In this document: piece by piece, positions 1-8,679 of the stretch
Layout of the letters: every line of letters starts with the position of its first letter
Position numbering within the stretch: position 1 is the first letter of the stretch
Origin: an uncultured Gemmatimonadales bacterium
GTDB taxonomy: Bacteria > Gemmatimonadota > Gemmatimonadetes > Gemmatimonadales > GWC2-71-9
Assembly: GCA_963798915.1 (NCBI GenBank)
Contig: CAWCVB010000006.1
Span: 96,001-160,000 of the forward strand
Direction of reading: 5' to 3'
DNA length: 64,000 nt
The notes under the pieces: generated by a model
The model's input: only the letters and a program-made list of their open reading frames with translations
Told to the model about the DNA's origin: nothing
The model's database searches: none
Made by a program: the position numbers and the translations under genes

Positions 1-50
1 CGGGCGGGAAGATGCCGCACCGGAGCCGGCCATGTCAAGCGGAAGAACGT

Positions 51-974
51 TCAGACCCGTTCCGCGGCCTCGAGAAAGCTGCGGAGGTCCGGTTCGCTCA
101 CGGCCGGCTCGCCGGGAGACACGTTGTCGAGCTTGCCCTCCCGCATCCAGCGCTCCAGCTCACCGACCAGCTCAAACAGGTGATCGAACGAGTCCACAAT
201 GAAGAGCAGCGGCTGGTAATGATCGATCTCGAAGTACTGGTTGATGACCCACTCAAGCTGCAGGGGAAAACGCTGAACCTCGGGTGAATCGATGGCATGG
301 GCAATTTCGCCGTAGGAACTCAGCAATCCACTGCCGTAGACCTTGAGCGATCCGCCGGCTCGCATCAGTCCGAACTCAATGGTGAACCAGAAAAATCGGG
401 CGAGTGCCTTCTGGATGCTCGTCAGGCGCCGGATCCGTTCCCTCTCATCGGGAATGCTCGCCACAATCTCCGCCGCGGTATGCGCGCAATCGCCGAAGCG
501 CACCAGGGTATCGGCAAAGGCCCGGTCGGTATGCATGGGCACGTGGCCGGCGATGTCGTGGAAAATGTCCGGCTCAGGCAGGTAGTCGAGCGTCTCCGCG
601 TCACGGATCGTGATGGTGGTGGGAAACTCACGGTTGCGGAGGCAGTCGAAGAACAGGAAGGCCGGGACGTAGCCGCTGACGGGCTTGGCCTTGAAGCCGG
701 TCAACGGGCTGAGAAACCGGTTCACGTCGTCCAGGCGCGGCACCCTGCTGGGGTCGAGACACAGGTTGTCGATTCCCTGGAGGAAGCGCGGATTGGCATA
801 CTGCCTCCAGCGCGACTCCATCCGGGAGAACAGTTTACGCCAGGCATCGTGGTTGACGTCGGAGTACAGCTCATACGGCTGGTGGATATACAGGCGGCCA
901 TCGGCCTGCGCCCGTTCGATGAAGGGAGCGCGGGTGGTCGTGAGGCCCTCACCGCCCGACTGAATGCCAGTCAT
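51..974 (-). CDS. phhA: Phenylalanine 4-monooxygenase (pterin-dependent aromatic amino acid hydroxylase)
   Basis: Signature YLPEPDIFHDIAGHVPM (two Fe-binding His), FWFTIEFGL (Fe-binding Glu) and YGSGLLSSYGE. Confidence 0.9.
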   Translation of the reverse strand: MTGIQSGGEGLTTTRAPFIERAQADGRLYIHQPYELYSDVNHDAWRKLFSRMESRWRQYANPRFLQGIDNLCLDPSRVPRLDDVNRFLSPLTGFKAKPVSGYVPAFLFFDCLRNREFPTTITIRDAETLDYLPEPDIFHDIAGHVPMHTDRAFADTLVRFGDCAHTAAEIVASIPDERERIRRLTSIQKALARFFWFTIEFGLMRAGGSLKVYGSGLLSSYGEIAHAIDSPEVQRFPLQLEWVINQYFEIDHYQPLLFIVDSFDHLFELVGELERWMREGKLDNVSPGEPAVSEPDLRSFLEAAERV

Positions 975-1024
975 GGATACCCTCCAGCGCGTCGAACCGA
1001 GAGGCGACCCGGCACGAGGAATCG

Positions 1025-1070
1025 AAAAACGGCGCGCCGGACGCCCAAAACCGCTCTGGACGCCCGGCGC
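1025..1070 (-). terminator. Intrinsic terminator after the TPR gene
   Basis: Minus strand GCGCCGGGCGTCCAGAGC pairs with GTTTTGGGCGTCCGGCGC (G-U wobbles work only on this strand), followed by GCCG-TTTTT. Confidence 0.7.
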
Positions 1071-1082
1071 AATTGAGTTCCG

Positions 1083-2525
1083 CTACTTGATGCCGTACCG
1101 CCAGCCGGTGATGCCCGCTCCCTGCGCCGTGGCGGTCACGTTGAATGTCTCGCCCTTCTTGAGCGCTGGCACCGCAACGTCCACACTGCTCACGGCTGCA
1201 CCGTCACTGTTCAGGAATTCGACCGTCAGCGTCGTGGGATGCGGGGCCAGCGCCGCGCCCGTGGAGGAAGTGGCGTCGCGCCCAGTGGCCACCGCGGCGA
1301 AGCTGGCCCCGGTCGCCGATGGCTCGAGCCTCGTCTCCGTGATCGCATACGGAAGGGCGTTGAGCTTAAGGCGGGTCGACACCGCATTCTTGCTGTCCTT
1401 GGTCAGATTGTAGCCGAACCCGAGCATCTGGAGTCCCGACTCGCTGGCGGGGTCCATGGCCAGCAACTGCTTGCCCCAGCGTGTCAGCTCCGGGCCTTTC
1501 TTCAACCGGTAATTGGACGCGACGAGCATGTAGATCACGTCCCGATTATAGGGCTCGGCGGCTGCAACCTTTTCCGCGGCTGCGGCTGCGTCGGCCCAGC
1601 TTTCCGCATTGAACGCCTTGACTGCGTCGTTGTACGGCGAGTTGTCCTCAGCCGGTGCGCGCTGCACGGTCTCGCCTGCCGCCTCGAGCTGCGCCGCCAC
1701 CGCATTGACGCTGTCCTGCATGCCAGCTGCCTGGTAGGCGGACATCAGCGCCTTCTTGGCGTTGATGTCATCCGGATGATTGGCCACGAACTGCTGCAGC
1801 ACGGGAACCGCCTCCGTGCCACGGTTGAGCCGAAGCAGCACCACCGCCTTGTTGAACCGGGCCTGATCCTGCAGAGTGGCCGCGTTGGAGTCGGCCGGCG
1901 CGGCGAGGGCCGAGTCGAAATAAGTCAGTGCCCGCTCCATGTTGTTCGCGTCGAATGCAATCGTCGCAAGGTAGTAGTACGCATGCGGCGACCCGACATA
2001 GAGGCGGTTGGCGAGATTGAAATAGGTCGTGGCCGAGTCGGTCTGCTTGGTCTTGAGAAACTCGATTCCCTGGTTGATGACCGCGATCCAGGCGGCATGA
2101 CGGTACTTGGCAATATCAGCCTTGCAGTCCGGGGCCAGCGCCTCGGCCTTGGCAAAGGAGCTGTCGGCACCGGCAATGTCGCCCTTGCGGAGCTGAATGC
2201 GGCCGAGATAGTACCAGGCCCCGGGGCTCTTGTCCTGACCGTTCTCGTTGATCGCCTCGAGGGTAACACGCTCGCCGTTGTCGAGCGCCCGGGCCTTGTT
2301 CTCGTCAACTGGCGTCTCAACGGCCGTCTTCAGGTACACCTTTGCCGAGCTGACCTTGAAGTGGAGCCCCTTGTCGGCCGAGCAAGCGGCTGCCTCGAAT
2401 TTCGGAAACGCGGCACGCACTGCCTGCGCGACGCGCTGGGTCATCGGGATCGCCTGGGTGGAATCCTGGGCCACGAGGGCGCTCGGCAGGATGCCGAGCA
2501 GGAGGACCACCGAACCGATTTTCAT
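1083..2525 (-). CDS. Secreted TPR-repeat protein with C-terminal beta-sandwich (FxLYD-like) domain
   Basis: Signal peptide MKIGSVVLLLGILPSALVA-Q; TPR-like helices (AWYYLGRI, AYYYLATI, ARFNKAVV); C-terminal LTVEFLNSDG...GWRY. Confidence 0.75.
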   Translation of the reverse strand: MKIGSVVLLLGILPSALVAQDSTQAIPMTQRVAQAVRAAFPKFEAAACSADKGLHFKVSSAKVYLKTAVETPVDENKARALDNGERVTLEAINENGQDKSPGAWYYLGRIQLRKGDIAGADSSFAKAEALAPDCKADIAKYRHAAWIAVINQGIEFLKTKQTDSATTYFNLANRLYVGSPHAYYYLATIAFDANNMERALTYFDSALAAPADSNAATLQDQARFNKAVVLLRLNRGTEAVPVLQQFVANHPDDINAKKALMSAYQAAGMQDSVNAVAAQLEAAGETVQRAPAEDNSPYNDAVKAFNAESWADAAAAAEKVAAAEPYNRDVIYMLVASNYRLKKGPELTRWGKQLLAMDPASESGLQMLGFGYNLTKDSKNAVSTRLKLNALPYAITETRLEPSATGASFAAVATGRDATSSTGAALAPHPTTLTVEFLNSDGAAVSSVDVAVPALKKGETFNVTATAQGAGITGWRYGIK

Positions 2526-2528
2526 TAG

Positions 2529-3833
2529 TTACTCCTGGGACGTCGAGGTCGTTGGATCGCGGCTGCCGCTGCTGTCGGCGTGCCGCGCTGCATGGTCTTG
2601 CAACTCTCTTGCCAGTCGGTGCACCGGGCGTCCTTCCGAACGCGCAAGTGCCTGTAGGTCATCGAGTTCTGGCTTTTCTCTCAAGCCATCTGGAGCCTCA
2701 AAAACCTTCACCCGGACGGCTGGGCCGTCCCCTATGGATCGGGTCACGGTGTGACGTTCCAAGGTGCTCCGGGACGCACGCCACCAGCGGCACCCACCAC
2801 TGGTGCTGTGCCGCAGCAAGGCATCCGCGACGTCGTCACGTCGGTCTTCCGGAACAATGGCTTCGACCCGGAAAGATATCCTGCCCTTCTTACCCATTGT
2901 GGACCAGACCTGCACATCCGCCGCGCCGGCGTCGACCATTGCCGCTCGAAGCGGCTCCAAGTATTCGGGATTCAGATCGTCCAGGTCTGTGGCCAGCACC
3001 ACAATTTCTTCGGCCTCGTCCACCGGCTCCGCGAGCAGCAGGCGGAGCACATTGGCGTAGCCGGACGGATTACGCTCGCCAGCGCCAACGCCGACGGCAG
3101 CGGTGGCTCGCCACTCACTCGGCGGCGGGCCGTCGCTGAGTGTCCGAAGCAGTGCCGCACCGGTCGGAGTCGTAGCTTCCCCGCGAGCAGGACCGTCCGC
3201 CCGTATGCTGAGTCCCGCCATGAGCAACGCGGTTGCCGGAGTCGGCACGGACAGCTCGCCGTGCGCAGCCCGGACCCAACCCCCACCCAATGCCACCGGC
3301 CAATGAAAGATCCGGCTGACGCCAAGACGCTCGAACCCTTCAACGACTCCGACAATATCGATCAGGGCATCGAGCGCACCGACCTCGTGGAGCGCGACGC
3401 GTGCGGCGGCGACCCCATGCACCTGGCCTTCCGCTTCTGCCAGCAGCTGAAATGCGCTGACCGCCTTGCTCTTGACCCATTCGGAGAGTGGGGCCGCCTC
3501 GATCATGGCGGTCAACTCGCCAACATGCCTGTGCTCCTCGCCGTGCCCAAGCTGCTCCACGTGATGGTGGTCCACCGTCGGCGGATGGTCACGAGGCAGG
3601 GTGATGTCTCCCGGCGCCTCGTGCCTGCCGTCCGGCAATCGCACCGTCACTTTGGTGGCGCGTATGCCTCCACGATCAACCGCTTCCCGGCTCACTTGAA
3701 CTTCCGGGACGCCGAGCCGGCCCGGCAGCTCGTCCAGCCATGCGGCGTCGTCGGTGAGGGCGACGAGCGCGCCAAGCAGCATGTCGCCGCTCACGCCTAC
3801 GGAAGGATCGATGATCGCGAAGGGTCGCCTCAT
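2529..3833 (-). CDS. larC: Nickel-pincer cofactor nickel-insertion protein LarC
   Basis: N-terminal IDPSVGVSGDMLLGAL, His-rich DHHHVEQLGHGEEHRH, HEVGALDALIDI, TPTGAALL, DDLNPE, MGKKGR; start moved to ATG 3833. Confidence 0.88.
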   Translation of the reverse strand: MRRPFAIIDPSVGVSGDMLLGALVALTDDAAWLDELPGRLGVPEVQVSREAVDRGGIRATKVTVRLPDGRHEAPGDITLPRDHPPTVDHHHVEQLGHGEEHRHVGELTAMIEAAPLSEWVKSKAVSAFQLLAEAEGQVHGVAAARVALHEVGALDALIDIVGVVEGFERLGVSRIFHWPVALGGGWVRAAHGELSVPTPATALLMAGLSIRADGPARGEATTPTGAALLRTLSDGPPPSEWRATAAVGVGAGERNPSGYANVLRLLLAEPVDEAEEIVVLATDLDDLNPEYLEPLRAAMVDAGAADVQVWSTMGKKGRISFRVEAIVPEDRRDDVADALLRHSTSGGCRWWRASRSTLERHTVTRSIGDGPAVRVKVFEAPDGLREKPELDDLQALARSEGRPVHRLARELQDHAARHADSSGSRDPTTSTSQE

Positions 3834-3871
3834 AAGGGCGAAAGATGGCCCGTGCCTGGCCCGGCGGCAAA

Positions 3872-5032
3872 TCAGTCGCTCTGGTAGAGCCACCCTGCGC
3901 CGGTGTTAAAGACCACCACGCGCTCCCGTGGACCAATGGCGCCGGTCGCCGCGAGGCCCGCAACGGCGGCGAGGGCGGCGCCCCCTTCCGGCGAGACGTC
4001 GATCCCCTCAGTGGCCGTAGCGGCATCGGCAGCCTGCGCCAGCGCCTGATCGGAAACCGCGATTGCGCCCCCGCCGGTCTCGCGCAGCGCGCGAAACATG
4101 AGGCGATCGCCTATGGGCCCGGGCACCCGTAACCCGCTCGCGATCGTGGTCGGATCGGGCCACATCTCGGCGCGCTCGGCGCCCTCATTGAATGCCTTCA
4201 CCACCGGCGCACAGCCGGTGCTCTGCACGCTGTACAGACGGGGCGGCGGATCGCTGACCCAGCCCGCTTCACGCAGCTCCCGGAATGCCTTCCACATGCC
4301 GATCAGTCCGGTGCCACCGCCGGTCGGATAGATGATGACCTCCGGCAGCCGCCAGTCGAACTGCATGGCCAGCTCGAGTCCCAGTGTCTTCTTGCCTTCG
4401 ATCCGGTACGGTTCCTTCAGTGTCGAGAGGTCGAACCACCCCTCGGTCGCGGCGAAGGTGCGTGCGGCCTTTCCGCAATCGCCGATGTGTCCGTCCACCA
4501 GGACCAGGTCGCCACCGAAGCGTCGTACCTGTTGCTGCAGGCGGGACGGCGTTGACCTCGGGGCGAAGACCCGCACGGGCAAGCCGGCACGCGCACCATA
4601 TGCGCTGCTCGCGACGCCGGCGTTGCCTGCCGTCGGAAGGACCAGGCCTTGTGCCCCGCCAGCCTTCGCGCGGGTCACGGCGGCGGAGAGGCCCCGCGAC
4701 TTGAACGATCCGGTGGGATTGACTCCTTCATCCTTGATCCAGAGGTCCTCGACTCCCATACCGGCACCGGTTCGGGGAACCGGGAGCAGCGGTGTATCGC
4801 CTTCACCCAGCGACACCGGCGTTTCCTCAGGCAGGAGCGGAAGCCAGCCACGAAAGCGCCACATACTCCGGCCTCGGCGGACCGCTGCCCGATCTTTGAG
4901 CGAGTAGCGCCGGTCAGGATACTGCACCAACCAGGGATGGCCGCACTCACACAGGGTGGGCAGGCCGGTGGGAGGGGCCGTGCGTTGGCAAGCCGGGCAA
5001 GTCAGGATCCAGTCGATCGAAGAGTGAGTCAT
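3872..5032 (-). CDS. thrC: Threonine synthase (PLP fold II)
   Basis: SLGEGDTPL, KDEGVNPTGSFKSRG (PLP Lys), PYRIEGKKT, YPTGGGTG, NTGAG. Confidence 0.88.
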   Translation of the reverse strand: MTHSSIDWILTCPACQRTAPPTGLPTLCECGHPWLVQYPDRRYSLKDRAAVRRGRSMWRFRGWLPLLPEETPVSLGEGDTPLLPVPRTGAGMGVEDLWIKDEGVNPTGSFKSRGLSAAVTRAKAGGAQGLVLPTAGNAGVASSAYGARAGLPVRVFAPRSTPSRLQQQVRRFGGDLVLVDGHIGDCGKAARTFAATEGWFDLSTLKEPYRIEGKKTLGLELAMQFDWRLPEVIIYPTGGGTGLIGMWKAFRELREAGWVSDPPPRLYSVQSTGCAPVVKAFNEGAERAEMWPDPTTIASGLRVPGPIGDRLMFRALRETGGGAIAVSDQALAQAADAATATEGIDVSPEGGAALAAVAGLAATGAIGPRERVVVFNTGAGWLYQSD

Positions 5033-6837
5033 TGCTTCAGGTGTTCGAGGATGCGGGTGGCGAGTCCGTGTGAAAAGCCAGGCAGCGCCGCGATTTCCTG
5101 GTGTGTGGCAGTGCGGACGCCGGCGAGGCTGCCGAATCGCTCCAGCAGCACGCGCCGCCGCGCCGCACCGATGCCAGGAATATTGAGCAGCTCGGATGTG
5201 ATCGTCCGCGCGGTGCGGCGCTTCCGGCTGAACGCCACGCCGAACCGGTGCGCTTCGTCACGAGCGCGCTGCAGAAGCCGCAGGGACGATGCACGGCGCC
5301 CCAGCCGGAGACTCTCGGCGCGGCCCGGCATGAACACTTCTTCCTCACGCTTGGCGAGGCTCACGACGGGGAGGTCCGGGAAGCCCAGTTCGTGCGTCGC
5401 GGCAAGGGCGGCGCCGAGCTGTCCCTTCCCGCCGTCGATCACCATGAGGTCTGGCAGCGGCAATTGCTCGTCGCGGCGGCGCGTCAGGAACCTGGTCACC
5501 ACTTCATGAATGGCGGCGTAATCGTCCTGCTGCGCCAACCCCTTGATCCGATAGCGGCGGTACTCACTCTTCCGAGGCCTCCCGGCTTCGAACCATACCA
5601 GCGACCCGACGATGTCGCGCCCCTGGTTGTGGCTGATGTCCACGCACACAAAACTGCGGGGCACCACATTCAGCCCGAGGTCGCGTCCCAGCGCGTACAC
5701 AGGATCCTCGGCACGTTCTTCCGTTTCGAACGACTCGATGCGGAGGCTCTCGAGCAGGTGCCGGGCGTTGTCGTCCGCAAGTCCCTGCCAACGGGAGGCC
5801 GTGCCCCGTTGCGGGAAGGTCCACTGCGCGTCCGGCATCAGGCGTTGCAGTGCATCGAGATCGGCAGGCGGGAACGGCAGGACAACGCGCCGTGCGCGGC
5901 CCTCGACCAGGGCATAGAAACGTACGAGGAAGGCCGCAAGCACCGCCTCGTCCGGCTCCTCCTCCGCGCTCTCCAGGAAGCGATGTTCGCGCGCCAGCAC
6001 GCGGCCATTGCGCACGCGTAGCAGCACGCCGACCGCATCATCACCATCGCGCGCGTAACCGATCGCGTCGGCGTCGCCGGTGCCGATCACTTCGACGCTT
6101 GGTGGAGCCTCCAGCCGCTCCAACCACTTGAGGGCGTCTCGCAGTTCCTGGGCCCGCTCGAAGTCCTCGCGCTCCGCGGCAGCAAACATGGCGGTGCGCA
6201 CCCGTTCCCGGACGTCAACGGTGCGACCGTCAAGGAAGGCCAGCACTTCGTCGATCATCGCACGATACGCCGCCTCGGTCTGCCAGCCCACACAGGGCGC
6301 CTTGCAACGCCCGATGTGGTAGTCCAGACAGGGGCGCTCGCGCCGCTCCCGCGGAATGTCGTCAGGGCAGCTGCGCACCGTATACAGCCGGCGGATGATG
6401 GCAAGACTGCGCCGAAGCTGGCCGACGTCCGTGAACGGACCAAAATATCTGGCGCCGGTGATGTCGCGTCGACGGGTGACGAGTACCCTGGGAAAGGGCT
6501 CGGCCAAGGTCACGGCGATCGAGGGGTAGCTCTTGTCGTCCTTGAAGACGACGTTGAAGCGGGGGCGGTACTCCTTGATGAGGTTGTTCTCCAGCACCAG
6601 GGCCTGGGCTTCATCCGGCACCACGATGGTTTCCACGTCCGCGATCTTGCTTCGCAGCAGCTGGTTCTTGGGGCTCTCGGAAAAATCGGCGGTGACGTAG
6701 CTCCGCACCCGGGCGGACAGGCGCTTGGCCTTGCCGACGTACAACACGTTCCCGGCCGCATCCCGCCAGAGATACACCCCTGGCGTATCGGGGAGGGTAT
6801 CGAGCTTGCGTTGGAGGTCGTTCGAATGGTCGGTCAT
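5029..6837 (-). CDS. uvrC: Excinuclease ABC subunit C
   Basis: GIY-YIG region PGVYLW...YVGKAKRL, EDFERA (UVR), DISH, PDLMVIDGGKGQL, RDEAHRF, HhH IPGIG; ATG 6837 overlaps murJ stop. Confidence 0.96.
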   Translation of the reverse strand: MTDHSNDLQRKLDTLPDTPGVYLWRDAAGNVLYVGKAKRLSARVRSYVTADFSESPKNQLLRSKIADVETIVVPDEAQALVLENNLIKEYRPRFNVVFKDDKSYPSIAVTLAEPFPRVLVTRRRDITGARYFGPFTDVGQLRRSLAIIRRLYTVRSCPDDIPRERRERPCLDYHIGRCKAPCVGWQTEAAYRAMIDEVLAFLDGRTVDVRERVRTAMFAAAEREDFERAQELRDALKWLERLEAPPSVEVIGTGDADAIGYARDGDDAVGVLLRVRNGRVLAREHRFLESAEEEPDEAVLAAFLVRFYALVEGRARRVVLPFPPADLDALQRLMPDAQWTFPQRGTASRWQGLADDNARHLLESLRIESFETEERAEDPVYALGRDLGLNVVPRSFVCVDISHNQGRDIVGSLVWFEAGRPRKSEYRRYRIKGLAQQDDYAAIHEVVTRFLTRRRDEQLPLPDLMVIDGGKGQLGAALAATHELGFPDLPVVSLAKREEEVFMPGRAESLRLGRRASSLRLLQRARDEAHRFGVAFSRKRRTARTITSELLNIPGIGAARRRVLLERFGSLAGVRTATHQEIAALPGFSHGLATRILEHLKQ

Positions 6838-8363
6838 CGGCGCAAGCGTGCCACCAGCGCGCGGGCCTCGGGAACCCGCAGCAGACTGGCCATGGTCAGG
6901 TAGGTTACACCGAACGCGGCAGCAATCAGCACCCCGGTGACCTTCGGTCCCGGGAACGATACCCACCGCAGCAAGGTCCACGCGACGGCCGCCGCCACAA
7001 GCGCGGCGAGCCAGAGGCGGGCCACAAATTCCGCCGGCACTCCGGTCGGGCCGATCCTGGCGTTGAGGGCACGTCGCAAGAGCACGAACTCGATCCACGC
7101 GGCGATTCCCGCGGACACCGTCAGCCCGGCGGCGCCCCAGCGTGCCTCATAACCCAGAAGCGCTGGCAGGCGAAGGGCCGCGAACCACCCGAGCGCGATC
7201 GTGAGCGCGACCCGGAGCACACCGAATCGCAGTGGCGTGCGGGTATCCCGGAGCGCGTAGAACGTTGACGAATACAGCCGACCCAGCGTGCCGGCGAGCA
7301 GGCCGACGGCGGAGCCCGCCAGGATGCTCCAGACGGTGATGCTGTCGCGCGCCGTGAATCGTCCCCCCTGGAACAGCAGTGCCGCCAGAATGTGTCCTAT
7401 GGCGAGAAAAGCCATCGCCGACGGTACCACGAGAAACGCGATATGGCGCAGTCCCCGCACGAGGCGTTCCCGCAGATAGCCCTGCACTTCCGCTTCCTCC
7501 CCGCGGGCGCTCGACATGGCAGGCAGCTCGGCCGCCGAGACCGACATCCCGAAGAGGCTGATCGGCAAGGTGTAGAGCATCTGGGCGTACGCCAGATTCG
7601 CCACCGCACCGAGTGGCAGGAAGGACGCGATGAGCGTGTCGACGTAAGCGGAAATCTGAGTCACTCCCCGGGCGACGAACGCCGGCCCGAAATTGCGCAC
7701 CACTTCCCGCACATCGGCGTTGCCCCGGCTCCAGGTGAGCCGCAGGCCGCCAAGGAGTTTGAGCACCCAGGGCAGCTGCACCAGAACCTGCAGGAAGCTT
7801 CCTCCCACCGATGCCCAGGCAGCATACACCGCCAGTCTGCCGGGCGCTGTCCCACCGCCGACCCCGACCAGGACCGCGATGATGGCCGCATTCCACACGA
7901 TTGGCGCGGCGTACGAGAGAAAGAATTTCCCGTGGCTGTTGAGGATGCCCAGGCACCAGGCTGAGAGCACCAGCAGGCCGGTGCCCGGAAAGATGATCCG
8001 CACCAGTATGATGGCGAGGGCGCGCCGCTCCCCCTCGAATCCGGGCGCAATCAGGTTGATAAGCCAGGGTGTCAGCAGGATGCCGGCGAGCACCAGGATA
8101 GAGATCGTGGCGGCAAGCAGCGCCGCCACGGCTCCGGCAACCTTCCGGGCGTCCTCCCGGCGCCCCTCGGCCAGCAGGCCGGCGTAGACCGGGATGAAGG
8201 ACGCCGAGAGCGCGCCTTCGCCGAACAAGTTCTGGAGGAAGTTGGGGATTCGGAAGGCGGCCTGCCATGCATCGGCGGCGCCCCCCGCGCCGAGAAAGTG
8301 CGCGATCGCGGCGCCACGCAGAAAGCCAACGAGCCGGCTTGCGAGGATGCCAGCGGCCACCAT
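6834..8363 (-). CDS. murJ: Lipid II flippase MurJ (MviN)
   Basis: ASRLVGFLR, AFRIPNFLQNLFGEGALSASFIPVY, many TM helices; possible upstream CTG start at 8390. Confidence 0.93.
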   Translation of the reverse strand: MVAAGILASRLVGFLRGAAIAHFLGAGGAADAWQAAFRIPNFLQNLFGEGALSASFIPVYAGLLAEGRREDARKVAGAVAALLAATISILVLAGILLTPWLINLIAPGFEGERRALAIILVRIIFPGTGLLVLSAWCLGILNSHGKFFLSYAAPIVWNAAIIAVLVGVGGGTAPGRLAVYAAWASVGGSFLQVLVQLPWVLKLLGGLRLTWSRGNADVREVVRNFGPAFVARGVTQISAYVDTLIASFLPLGAVANLAYAQMLYTLPISLFGMSVSAAELPAMSSARGEEAEVQGYLRERLVRGLRHIAFLVVPSAMAFLAIGHILAALLFQGGRFTARDSITVWSILAGSAVGLLAGTLGRLYSSTFYALRDTRTPLRFGVLRVALTIALGWFAALRLPALLGYEARWGAAGLTVSAGIAAWIEFVLLRRALNARIGPTGVPAEFVARLWLAALVAAAVAWTLLRWVSFPGPKVTGVLIAAAFGVTYLTMASLLRVPEARALVARLRR

Positions 8364-8386
8364 GACCGCCGGCCGCTGGCGGGCGC

Positions 8387-8668
8387 TCAGGAGCGGCTCG
8401 GTGGAGGCAGAGGCGGCCGGCTGGGCGCGTCTTCGATCAGGCGCTGGAGGAATGCGTTGTCCTCCTTGAGAGTCTCCACGCTCCGGGTCAGGTCATCCAC
8501 CTCGGCTTCGAGCAGTTCGACCTTCCGGGCGACTTCAGCCAGTTCCGGCGGCGCAGCCTCCGGCCCTTCCAGCCGGCGCGCAATGGCGCGCCCAATGGGC
8601 GAGTCAAGCAAGATCCCCAGGATGGGGATCAGCAGGGCCAAAAGCAGGACGAGCGCGACAATCCACAT
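8387..8668 (-). CDS. Small membrane protein, one N-terminal TM helix plus coiled coil
   Basis: Hydrophobic MWIVALVLLLALLIPILGILL, heptad region ELAEVARKVELLEAEVDDLTRSVETLKEDNAFLQRLI; fills the gap between bshC and murJ. Confidence 0.75.
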   Translation of the reverse strand: MWIVALVLLLALLIPILGILLDSPIGRAIARRLEGPEAAPPELAEVARKVELLEAEVDDLTRSVETLKEDNAFLQRLIEDAPSRPPLPPPSRS

Positions 8669-8679
8669 GGTGCCCGAGT

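Noticed and set aside
6838..7098. N-terminal extensions in the ORF track (uvrC; also larC, gdhA, skp, lolD, tatD, fhs)
   Set aside because: They mostly overlap upstream genes and lack family similarity; downstream starts with stop/start overlap, an SD or a family-typical N-terminus fit better.
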